This document shows positions 52,203 to 60,222 of a DNA stretch of 64,000 nt, in pieces. Under the pieces are notes generated by a model, which worked only from the letters and a program-made list of their open reading frames with translations, was not told where the DNA came from and did not search any database. Within the stretch, counting starts at the first letter, position 1; the number at the start of each line of letters is the position of its first letter. Both the position numbers and the translations under genes were made by a program. The stretch is from an uncultured Gemmatimonadales bacterium (GTDB taxonomy: Bacteria; Gemmatimonadota; Gemmatimonadetes; Gemmatimonadales; GWC2-71-9), in assembly GCA_963825055.1 (NCBI GenBank), contig CAWGSK010000002.1, positions 1-64,000 of the forward strand. The letters run 5' to 3'.

Positions 52203-53543
52203 TCAGTGATCCTCCGCAATCTCCACCGAGTTGCGTCCGCCGCGCTTTGCGGCGTAGAGCGCTTCGTCGGCGGCGGCCAGGACTTCGTCCACGGTCGTCC
52301 CGTGGCGCGGGGCCGAGGCAAGCCCGAGGCTGACCGTGCGCCGGCCGAACTCGGGGTGGTTCGCCTCCATCTCGGCGATGTCCTTGAGAGCGCGTGCCAC
52401 GTAGACCATCGCCTCCTGCGGCGTGGTCATCGGCAGGATCACGAGGAACTCGTCCCCGCCGAGGCGCCCCACGACGTCCAGGGCGCGGCCCTGCTGTCGA
52501 AGGATCCGGCCGATCAGGATGAGGAGACGGTCACCCGCGGCGTGCCCCAGCGTGTCGTTCACCTGCTTGAACCGGTCCACGTCGAGCAGGACGATGGTCG
52601 TGTGCAGCTGGTGCCGCTGGGCGCGGGAGATCTCCGCGCCCAGCCGCTGCTCGATGGCGCGACGATTGTAGAGGCCCGTGAGCTCGTCGGTCGTGGCGGC
52701 ACTGTGCAGTTGCTCGACGAGGTGCGCATTCTTGAGCGCGATCGCGGCGGCGAATGCCAGGGTTCCCGCCAGCTCGAACTCCGGGGCGCCGTAATCCTTC
52801 CCCGAAATCCGGGTCCCCAGAGCCAGCACCGCCAGGCGTTCCGGGCCGGAATCAAGCGAGATCGTCACGCGGGTCCGGGGGTCTGCCAGCCTGGCGAGGC
52901 CGACCTCTTCAGCGTGGACCGGCGAGGACCCCACCGGGAACGCCGCGTCCAGCTTCTCCACCACGATCGGCTGGGGACGACCCTCCTCGCCGACGGCGCG
53001 GTAGACATGCGGGACATACATCCCCTTCTCCGGCCGGTACAGGCAGGCCCACCAGGCGAAGAACACCTCAGCCATGAAATCCATGATCAGCTGTTCGGTC
53101 TCGCCGATCGAGTGGACCGACGACAGGAGCCGGGCCACCTGGCGCAGGGCGCGGAGCTGGAAGGCCGCGTCGTCCAGGGCTGCCTGGCGGTCCAGCAGGA
53201 CCCCGCGGAGCTCGATCACGACCGAGAGCCCCAGGGCCATCGGCATGACCACGGCCTGAAGCTCCGACGCGATGTCCTTGGCGGCGTAAACGCTGACGGT
53301 GGCCTCGCCACTGCCGATCCGGCAGATCTGGACGGCGTCTGCCGGACGGCTGGACGGGCCGATCGCAATGACCGGCCCGGTCGGGCTCGAGACGTTCAGC
53401 CAGACACCGTCGTGCCGGAAGCGCCGCGCCAGCGCGTCCCGGCACCGTTCGAACAGTTCACGTTCGGAACGGGCGTCGCGGCAGGCCGCCACAAAGGCGC
53501 TGGAGAGGTGCTCCACCGAGGGCACAAGCGGCGGGTGATCCAT
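52203..53543 (-). CDS. GAF-like sensor + GGDEF diguanylate cyclase
   Basis: TDELTGLYNRR, DVDRFKQVNDTLGHAAGD, RALD I-site, RLGGDEF, AADEALYAAK. Confidence 0.93.
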   Translation of the reverse strand: MDHPPLVPSVEHLSSAFVAACRDARSERELFERCRDALARRFRHDGVWLNVSSPTGPVIAIGPSSRPADAVQICRIGSGEATVSVYAAKDIASELQAVVMPMALGLSVVIELRGVLLDRQAALDDAAFQLRALRQVARLLSSVHSIGETEQLIMDFMAEVFFAWWACLYRPEKGMYVPHVYRAVGEEGRPQPIVVEKLDAAFPVGSSPVHAEEVGLARLADPRTRVTISLDSGPERLAVLALGTRISGKDYGAPEFELAGTLAFAAAIALKNAHLVEQLHSAATTDELTGLYNRRAIEQRLGAEISRAQRHQLHTTIVLLDVDRFKQVNDTLGHAAGDRLLILIGRILRQQGRALDVVGRLGGDEFLVILPMTTPQEAMVYVARALKDIAEMEANHPEFGRRTVSLGLASAPRHGTTVDEVLAAADEALYAAKRGGRNSVEIAEDH

Positions 53544-53610
53544 GGGCGCCAATATAGCCCCGCCCGTAGCCGTAAGGGAGGCATGGATTTAGGCGATTGT
53601 GCCCGGGGGG

Positions 53611-53639
53611 TTGTGATCCGGGACCGACCAGGGTACATT
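53611..53639 (+). promoter_or_regulatory. Sigma-70 promoter of the candidate sRNA
   Basis: TTGTGA-17 bp-TACATT. Confidence 0.6.
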
Positions 53640-53646
53640 CCACTCC

Positions 53647-53759
53647 GGAATACGACATAGCCCCTCGGGGCCCCAGGGATAGGCCAACAGCCTGGGTGAT
53701 GAATTCTGCAAGGCCAGATGCTCCCGGTCGCGATAACTCGCGAACCGGGATTTTTCTTT
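53647..53759 (+). ncRNA. Candidate small non-coding RNA (~110 nt)
   Basis: Promoter upstream, internal hairpins, terminator stem with TTTTTCTTT; both flanking genes are on the minus strand. Confidence 0.5.
53722..53759 (+). terminator. Intrinsic terminator, plus-strand polarity
   Basis: TCCCGGT-CGCGA-TAAC-TCGCG-A-ACCGGGA followed by TTTTTCTTT. Confidence 0.8.
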
Positions 53760-53764
53760 CCCGC

Positions 53765-54376
53765 CTACCTGCCCCCGTCCAGCGCCCGGCGCAGCGTCGC
53801 CACGAGGCCCCGCAGTTCGGCCAGCATTTCCCGGCGGTCCCAGGTGGTACGTGCCTGCAGCGCCTCGAGCAGGAGGCCGTGCCACCAGAGCAGTTCTTCG
53901 GCGCTCGCCTCGGAGATCGAGGGGAGGTACTCGGGCCCGAGCCTCCGGACGTCCGCCACGAGGGACCCGCACAGGTGGATCTCGCTCGCCACGCAGACAT
54001 CAAGGGCGCGGGCGCAGGAAGTTGCCAGCTGGGCCAGGTACTCCATCTTCCACGCCCCCCAGGGACGCGTCCCGCCCCGGTGATCGGTGCGCGGCTCGCA
54101 TGCATCCGCCAGCGTGGTGATCACGACGGAGCCGAACTTGTCCGCAATCTTGTGCCGGATCATCACCTGGTCGTCGCGGGCCGTGGCCGCAAGGACGGGG
54201 TGGAGGATCCCGCTCACGATGGTGGGATCGTCGCAGTCGTACCGTGCCAGGATGACGGCGAGGTGTGACGGATGCGTGCGGTAGGACAGCCCCGTGGCAG
54301 TGCGGCCGGGCAGGGCGTAGTACTTGGCCGCGAACGCCAGGGCGTGATTAATGGTGTCGCTGTACCCGCTTCTCAT
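53765..54376 (-). CDS. RelA/SpoT-type HD-domain (Mesh1/SAH-like) protein with degenerate active site
   Basis: ALAFAAK...R...Y.THP..LAVIL...D...GILHP...KFG..V; HD replaced by HP. Confidence 0.75.
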   Translation of the reverse strand: MRSGYSDTINHALAFAAKYYALPGRTATGLSYRTHPSHLAVILARYDCDDPTIVSGILHPVLAATARDDQVMIRHKIADKFGSVVITTLADACEPRTDHRGGTRPWGAWKMEYLAQLATSCARALDVCVASEIHLCGSLVADVRRLGPEYLPSISEASAEELLWWHGLLLEALQARTTWDRREMLAELRGLVATLRRALDGGR

Positions 54377-54394
54377 GCGTGCCGCCGGCGCGTG

Positions 54395-55027
54395 TCAGGG
54401 GATGCCGAGGAACTTGTGGGTCTGGAGGCTCAGGCGCCAGCGCGGATGCGCAAGGCAATAGGCCACCGCCGCCCTCGTGTTCCGCTCGAGGTCGGGGCCG
54501 TCCATCGGCTGGAGAAAGAAGTGCTCGAATGCCATTCCGGTGAAGCGCTCCGGCTCCGCGCCGGCCTGGGGGTACACCAGCTTGAGCTCCTGGCCGCCGG
54601 TGACGACCAGGGGCGCCCCGGCCTTCGGGCTGACGCAGAGCCAGTCGATGCCCGGGGGCGGCGTCCGGGTGCCGTTGCTCTCTACCGCGACCGTGAGTCC
54701 TTCCGCGTGGAACGCCTCGACCAGGGACCGGTCAAGCTGGAGCAGGGGCTCGCCACCGGTGCAGACCACGAGCGGACGGCCGTCGCCGCCGGGCCATCGT
54801 TCCCGCGCCGCCCGGGCGAGCGCTGTGGGAGTGTCGAACCGCCCGCCGCCGGGGCCGTCCAGTCCTACGAAGTCCGTATCGCAGAACCGGCAGACGGCGC
54901 TCTGTCGGTCTTCCTCCCGGCCCGTCCAGAGGTTACACCCCGCGAAGCGGCAGAACACCGCCGGATGACCGGTGTTCGCCCCTTCCCCCTGGAGGGTGTA
55001 GAAGAGTTCCTTGACCGCGTAGGACAT
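54395..55027 (-). CDS. queE: 7-carboxy-7-deazaguanine synthase (Cx14CxxC radical SAM variant)
   Basis: FYTLQGEG, RFAGCNLW...CRFCDTDF, TGGEP, ESNG, VSPK, LSLQTHK. Confidence 0.95.
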   Translation of the reverse strand: MSYAVKELFYTLQGEGANTGHPAVFCRFAGCNLWTGREEDRQSAVCRFCDTDFVGLDGPGGGRFDTPTALARAARERWPGGDGRPLVVCTGGEPLLQLDRSLVEAFHAEGLTVAVESNGTRTPPPGIDWLCVSPKAGAPLVVTGGQELKLVYPQAGAEPERFTGMAFEHFFLQPMDGPDLERNTRAAVAYCLAHPRWRLSLQTHKFLGIP

Positions 55028-55124
55028 GGGACGAAAGTAACCATGGCCGGTCGGCGGTCGGCAGTTGGGACGGGAACAGGGACGGGGGAGCAGGATGAAT
55101 GACGGCTCCGGCGTTAACTTCCCG

Positions 55125-55223
55125 AACGACTCAACGACTCAACGACTCAACGACTCAACGACTCAACGACTCAACGACTCAACGACTCAACGACTCAACG
55201 ACTCAACGACTCAACGACTCAAC
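55125..55223 (+). repeat. Perfect octamer array (AACGACTC)x12
   Basis: Counted directly: 96 bp at 55125-55220 plus AAC. Confidence 0.97.
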
Positions 55224-55230
55224 CACCCCA

Positions 55231-55953
55231 ATGCCCCCCTCCCTCCCTCCCGCCGTCATCCTCCTCAGCGGCGGTCTCGATTCCGCAACGGTGCTGGCGA
55301 TCACCAGGGCCGAGGGATACGCGCCGTATGCCCTCAGCTTCCGATATGGGCAACGCCACGGCGCGGAGCTCGAGGCCGCGTCCCGTGTCGCGGCGCACGG
55401 AGGTGCCGTCCGCCACCTGGTGCTGGACCTGGACCTCGGGGCCATCGGGGGGTCGGCCCTGACGACGGACGTTCCGGTCCCGAAGCCTGGCCGCGTCGAG
55501 GCGATCGGAAAGGAAATTCCCGTCACCTACGTGCCGGCCCGCAATACCATCTTCCTTTCCATCGCGCTCGGCTGGGCCGAGGTCCTGGGCGCGGCGGACA
55601 TCTTCATCGGGGTCAACGCGCTCGACTACAGTGGCTATCCGGATTGTCGCCCTGAATTCATCGCGGCGTTCGAGACCGTGGCGAACCTGGCCACGCGAGC
55701 CGGCGTCGAGGGAACGAGGCTCACGATCCACACGCCGCTCCTCCGGCTCACGAAGGCGGAGATCATCGGCCGGGGCCTGGCCCTTGGGGTGGACTACGGG
55801 ATGACGCGCACCTGTTACGATCCCGACACGGAAGGCCGGGCATGCGGAGCCTGCGACGCCTGCGTGCTTCGCCTGAGGGGGTTCGCGGCCCACGGCCTCG
55901 CGGACCCTGCCCCCTATCAGTCCGCGACCGGCTCCCAGCGCCCGAGGACGTGA
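55231..55953 (+). CDS. queC: 7-cyano-7-deazaguanine synthase
   Basis: [29 protein letters not shown]...CGACDAC; alternative in-frame ATG at 55099. Confidence 0.95.
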   Translation: MPPSLPPAVILLSGGLDSATVLAITRAEGYAPYALSFRYGQRHGAELEAASRVAAHGGAVRHLVLDLDLGAIGGSALTTDVPVPKPGRVEAIGKEIPVTYVPARNTIFLSIALGWAEVLGAADIFIGVNALDYSGYPDCRPEFIAAFETVANLATRAGVEGTRLTIHTPLLRLTKAEIIGRGLALGVDYGMTRTCYDPDTEGRACGACDACVLRLRGFAAHGLADPAPYQSATGSQRPRT

Positions 55954-57299
55954 CGCAGGGCGGTCTCGAGGTCGGGATGGCGGAAGCGGTAGCCTGAACG
56001 AAGCAGGGCATCGGGCCGGACCCGGGCGCTGGCGAGCAGCAGCGGGTCAGCCATTTCGCCCAGCGCGATCCGCAGCGCGGCCGCCGGCACGGGGAGGAGT
56101 GCCGGCCGGCCCAGGACGTGGGCGAGGGTTCGGGTGAACCCGGCATTCGTGACGGGCTCCGGCGCGGCAGCGTTCGCGGCGCCGGTCAGGGCCGGCGTCG
56201 CGATGGCGTGATAGATGGCCCCAACGAGGTCATCGATCGAGATCCAGCTCATGTACTGCCGGCCGTTGCCGAGGCGGCCGCCCGCTCCCAGCCGGAACGG
56301 CAGCAGGAGCCGCTCCAGCGCTCCGCCTGCCGGCGTCAGCACCGTCGCGGTGCGTGGATGAACCACGCGGATGCCCGCGGCCCGGGCCGGTTCCGCCGAG
56401 CGTTCCCACGCGACCGCGACGCCGGGCAGGAAGCCCTCGCCCGGCAGGGACCCCTCATCCAGTAACTCGTCGCCCCGGTCGCCATAATACCCCACGGCGC
56501 TGGAGGAGACGAGCACGCGGGGTGGGTTATCCAGCTGTGCCAGGGTCTCGGCGATCAGCTCGGTCCCCTCACGGCGGCTCTCCAGGATACGCTGCTTCGT
56601 TTCCGTGTCCCACCGGCTTCCGGCAATGTTTTCCCCCGCCAGGTGGACTACCGCGTCAAACCCCTCCAGCCGGGACGCTTCGATCGCACCTTCCCGCGGA
56701 TCCCAGTGAATCGCCGCGGGGCCGGTCTCGCCGCGCGTGATGGCGACCACTTCGTGTCCACCCGTGGTGAGGAACGCGCGGAGCGTGGTTCCGATCAGGC
56801 CGCTGGCGCCGGAGATAGCGACCCGGAGCGGCGGGCGTGGCCCGGCTGCGTGGGCGGCGAGGTCAGCCTCGAGCGTGTCGTGCCGGTACCGCAGCATCCG
56901 CGCGATCCGTTCCCGGACCATCCCTTCGGCGAGTTCTCCGAGGCCACCCAGCGGGAGCCGGAACTCCACGCGATCAGTCATCCGGCATCCGCCGCCAGGC
57001 AGCGGCTCGAACAGGTGAATGTGATGCCAGGTCTCGAAGGGACCCTCCACCTGCCGGTCGCGGAACTCCCGCCCGGGGATCCCATCGTGGTGCTCGGCGA
57101 TCCAGGTCGTGCGGAGCGGCCCGATGGGGACGTGCAGGGTGACGCGCCCTTCCTCGATCGTGCCGTGTCGCTCGACCACGGTGACGGGCTCCCACGGCGG
57201 GGCGAGCCGCTCGAAGGCCCCCGCACGGGTGTGCCAGGCGTAGACGGCCTCGGCTGGGTGGGGCAGGTCCGTGGTACGTTCGACGATCGCGAGGGTCAC
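55917..57299 (-). CDS. SRPBCC domain fused to TIGR01777-family NAD-dependent epimerase
   Basis: AFERLAPPW...[46 protein letters not shown]. Confidence 0.9.
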   Translation of the reverse strand: MTLAIVERTTDLPHPAEAVYAWHTRAGAFERLAPPWEPVTVVERHGTIEEGRVTLHVPIGPLRTTWIAEHHDGIPGREFRDRQVEGPFETWHHIHLFEPLPGGGCRMTDRVEFRLPLGGLGELAEGMVRERIARMLRYRHDTLEADLAAHAAGPRPPLRVAISGASGLIGTTLRAFLTTGGHEVVAITRGETGPAAIHWDPREGAIEASRLEGFDAVVHLAGENIAGSRWDTETKQRILESRREGTELIAETLAQLDNPPRVLVSSSAVGYYGDRGDELLDEGSLPGEGFLPGVAVAWERSAEPARAAGIRVVHPRTATVLTPAGGALERLLLPFRLGAGGRLGNGRQYMSWISIDDLVGAIYHAIATPALTGAANAAAPEPVTNAGFTRTLAHVLGRPALLPVPAAALRIALGEMADPLLLASARVRPDALLRSGYRFRHPDLETALRHVLGRWEPVAD

Positions 57300-58396
57300 A
57301 GCTCGCCGCGCGCTTTCCGGAGCCGGATGATTTCGGCGATATTCTCCAGGCTGAGCAGCCCGACCAGCGCGCCGGCGGCGTCCACCACCGGCAGCGCCGG
57401 CATCCGGCTGGCGCGCAGGTGCGCGAGCGCGACGGGGAAGGGAACCTCGGGCCCGAGCTGTGGTACGTGCGCCGTCATGGATTCCGCGACCGTGGAGTCC
57501 TGCCCCCGCAGCTCGATGCCCCGCATCAGCTGGTCGCGGGTGAGGAGCCCTTCCACCCGTCCGAGGTTGTCCACCACCGGGAACTCCTTCTGGTCGCCCT
57601 CGAGGAGCAGGCGCGCGGCGTCGGTCAGGCGGGCGTGCACCGGAATCGACTGGAACCGCGTCATCATCATGCCATCGACCGTGAGCCCTGCCCCCGCAAA
57701 CCGGGTCTCGACCGCCGCGGCCTCGGCGCCGGCCCCGGTGAAGATGAACAGCGCGATCAGCACGAGGATGATGTTGCCGTCCAGCCCCGGGATGATCCCG
57801 AGCCCCGCCACGACGAACCCGATCGCGAGCACCTGCCCGACGCGGGCGGCGATGCGCGTGGCCCGGACCAGCCCGAGACGGCTGGCCAGGAGCGCGCGAA
57901 GGACGCGCCCGCCGTCCATGGGGAACGCCGGGATGAGGTTGAACAGGAGAAGGATGACATTCAGGAAGAACAGCGTCGGGACCAGCGGGATGGTGAGCGG
58001 CGTGGCCTCGTCCACCAGGAACGGCTGCCCCAGGAGCAGGCCCAGCCCGAGGAAGAGCACCGCGAGGCCCAGGGTCACGAGGGGGCCCGCGATGGCGATG
58101 AGGAACTCCTGCCTGGGCTCGTCCGGCATCCGTTCCAGCCGGGCCATGCCGCCGATGGGAAGCAGGATCACGTCCGGCGTGCGCACGCCGAAGCGTCGTG
58201 CCATCAGAATGTGGCCGAACTCATGCAGGAGCACGCACGCGAAAATGGCGAGGAGGGTGGTGGTCGTGGCAATGGCGGCCGCGGTGCCGCCCTGCTGCCA
58301 GTCGGCCCAGGCGAACCAGGCCAGGAGCAGCAGAAACGTCACGTGGACCTTGATGTCCGTGCCCATGACCCGGGCCAGACGGAACGACCAGCGCAT
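57296..58396 (-). CDS. Site-2 protease (M50) with CBS domains
   Basis: HEFGH, AGP, FNLIPAFPMDGGR; C-terminal PVVD..G.L.G CBS pair. Confidence 0.93.
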   Translation of the reverse strand: MRWSFRLARVMGTDIKVHVTFLLLLAWFAWADWQQGGTAAAIATTTTLLAIFACVLLHEFGHILMARRFGVRTPDVILLPIGGMARLERMPDEPRQEFLIAIAGPLVTLGLAVLFLGLGLLLGQPFLVDEATPLTIPLVPTLFFLNVILLLFNLIPAFPMDGGRVLRALLASRLGLVRATRIAARVGQVLAIGFVVAGLGIIPGLDGNIILVLIALFIFTGAGAEAAAVETRFAGAGLTVDGMMMTRFQSIPVHARLTDAARLLLEGDQKEFPVVDNLGRVEGLLTRDQLMRGIELRGQDSTVAESMTAHVPQLGPEVPFPVALAHLRASRMPALPVVDAAGALVGLLSLENIAEIIRLRKARGEL

Positions 58397-58575
58397 TGCG
58401 GGACCACCTTCCGGGGTTTCCCCGAAAGGTAACCGCAGAATGGCTGGAAACCCGGCTCGGCCAGGCCTGCACGGCGGACAACGAAAACACGGAATACACG
58501 GAGCTGGCCGGCGGTGGATGCGATCGCGATCCCGTTCCGCCTGTCTCCTGGTTCACCAGGCGGGGCGTGGCGGTA

Positions 58576-59421
58576 TCACGTGAGCCAGTCGCGCAGCGCG
58601 CCCATGGGCCCCCCGATCTCGCGGACGGGCAGCCGGAAGATCCGCGCGGCGTTTTCCGCCATGATCTTCCGCTTATCCTCGCGGGGGATCTTCAGGGTCT
58701 CCATGAACTCGAGATAGGTCTCCATGGATGAAATTGGCCAGTCCGTCCCGAAGAGCACATTCTCCGCCTCCACGCCGTAGAGCAGCATCTCCTCGAGCTG
58801 GCGGCGCATGTACCGCTCGAACCGGTCCGTGAAGTTGCCGAGAACGAGGCCGGAGATGTCCGTGAAGACGTTGGCGTTCTTGTAGACGATCTCCATGCAG
58901 TCACGAATCCAGGGGTTGCCGATGTGGCAGATCACGAAATTGATGTCGGGGTGGTCCACCGCCACCTCGTCCACGTGCAGCGGATGCGAGTATTTCACCT
59001 TGCCGCTCGGGGAATACGTGTCACCGGAGTGGATCATCACCGGGACGCGGAACTCCTTCGCCAGCGCGTAGACGGGCTCGAGACCCGGGTCGTGGGGATA
59101 GAACGGCTGGTAGCCGGGGTACAGCTTGAGGCCGCGAACGGTGCCGTCCTGCAGGTGCTCGCGGATCGGCCCCAGGAAGCCGTCGTCCAGGCGGGCGCGG
59201 TCGATACCCGCGACCACGTAGACGTCGGTGAGCCCGCTGGTGGCCTCGAGCACCGCCCGGGTCGACGGCCGGCCGGGATTTTCCTTGTAGGAAGTGAGAA
59301 TGAGGGCGACGTCGACCCGGTTGCGCCGCATGGTCCGTCGCAGGGTCTCCAGGTTCTGGAGCAGTCCGTCGGCTTCTTCGTCGTGATAGTTGTTCAGGTG
59401 GACATGGGAGTCGATGATCAT
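58576..59421 (-). CDS. Amidohydrolase_2 family metal-dependent hydrolase
   Basis: IIDSHVH, GLKLYPGY, PVMIHSG, CHIGNPW, FGTDWP; ATGA overlap. Confidence 0.9.
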   Translation of the reverse strand: MIIDSHVHLNNYHDEEADGLLQNLETLRRTMRRNRVDVALILTSYKENPGRPSTRAVLEATSGLTDVYVVAGIDRARLDDGFLGPIREHLQDGTVRGLKLYPGYQPFYPHDPGLEPVYALAKEFRVPVMIHSGDTYSPSGKVKYSHPLHVDEVAVDHPDINFVICHIGNPWIRDCMEIVYKNANVFTDISGLVLGNFTDRFERYMRRQLEEMLLYGVEAENVLFGTDWPISSMETYLEFMETLKIPREDKRKIMAENAARIFRLPVREIGGPMGALRDWLT

Positions 59422-60092
59422 GCCCGCCCGCCCGATTCGAAGGTCCGGTCGAGAATCCGCGCCGCCCATTCGCGGCCGCCGAGGCCGAAGGCCAGTGCAA
59501 GCGCGAGACAGAGGCCCCCGAAGGCGAACTGGAACGCGGAGACCAGCACCTGGCTCTGCACGGCGAGCTGCTCGAGCGCGAGCGACAGGACGAAGAGCAG
59601 GACGGCCCACTGCGCCAGGGTGGCAATCAGCCGCGCGCCCGCGATACCCACGTTGTTCAGGTATGTATACGCGGCCCCGCGGACGAACCGGGAGAAGAGG
59701 GTGCCGAACATGAGAACGACCACGGCGGCAAAGACCCGGGGGAGATACAGGACGACCTCGTCCAGCAGGTGGCGCGCGGCCATCATGCCGAGGCTGTTCA
59801 GGATCGCGAGCAGGATGCCGAAGACGACGATCCAGTAGAGCAGGTTGGCGATCAGGGTCACGGCCGTCTGCCGTACCCCTCCTTCCACCAGGAAGTCATC
59901 GATGCCGGAGCGCTCGGCGAGCGCATCCACCCGGAGGAGGCGCAGGCCCCGGATGGCGAGCCGCCGTACCAGCCGGGCGAGCGCCCAGCCGACAATGAGG
60001 AGGAGGGTCGCCAGCAGGAGGCGGGGCAGGACGTGAACGGTGTCAGCCCACAGGCTCTGCCATGAGGCTGCGAATTCTTCGAGGGGGGTCAT
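59418..60092 (-). CDS. CmpX / MscS N-terminal TM-helix membrane protein
   Basis: Repeated LPR..A..L..G TM unit; ALAFGLGGRE. Confidence 0.85.
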   Translation of the reverse strand: MTPLEEFAASWQSLWADTVHVLPRLLLATLLLIVGWALARLVRRLAIRGLRLLRVDALAERSGIDDFLVEGGVRQTAVTLIANLLYWIVVFGILLAILNSLGMMAARHLLDEVVLYLPRVFAAVVVLMFGTLFSRFVRGAAYTYLNNVGIAGARLIATLAQWAVLLFVLSLALEQLAVQSQVLVSAFQFAFGGLCLALALAFGLGGREWAARILDRTFESGGRA

Positions 60093-60222
60093 GCCGGCTC
60101 CGGGTTCGGGACCTCGGAGTGTGGCACCATCCCGGGCCCGCGGGCAAGCCGCGGGCATACCGTCAGGGCCCCGTGGGCATTATCATTGTGCCCCTTACGC
60201 CGTCCGGAGGAGTGCCATCGCC

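Noticed and set aside
53640..53760. c-di-GMP riboswitch or hammerhead ribozyme
   Set aside because: No GEMM-type GNRA/receptor pattern; TGATGA is present but not the CTGATGA...GAAA core
53597..54268. Plus-strand ORFs crossing the sRNA candidate
   Set aside because: They run through a strong terminator, lie antisense to the HD gene and have no SD or motifs
55125..55223. CRISPR array
   Set aside because: 8-bp contiguous units, no spacers, no cas genes in the window
55028..55230. preQ1 riboswitch between queE and queC
   Set aside because: No preQ1-I stem with A-rich 3' tail recognised on either strand
54395..55953. queE/queC as part of a dpd DNA-modification defence island
   Set aside because: No dpdA/tgt-like or other dpd genes nearby; housekeeping context and normal composition
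55917..55953. 37-bp convergent overlap of queC and the TIGR01777 gene
   Set aside because: Short tail-to-tail overlaps are common in GC-rich genomes
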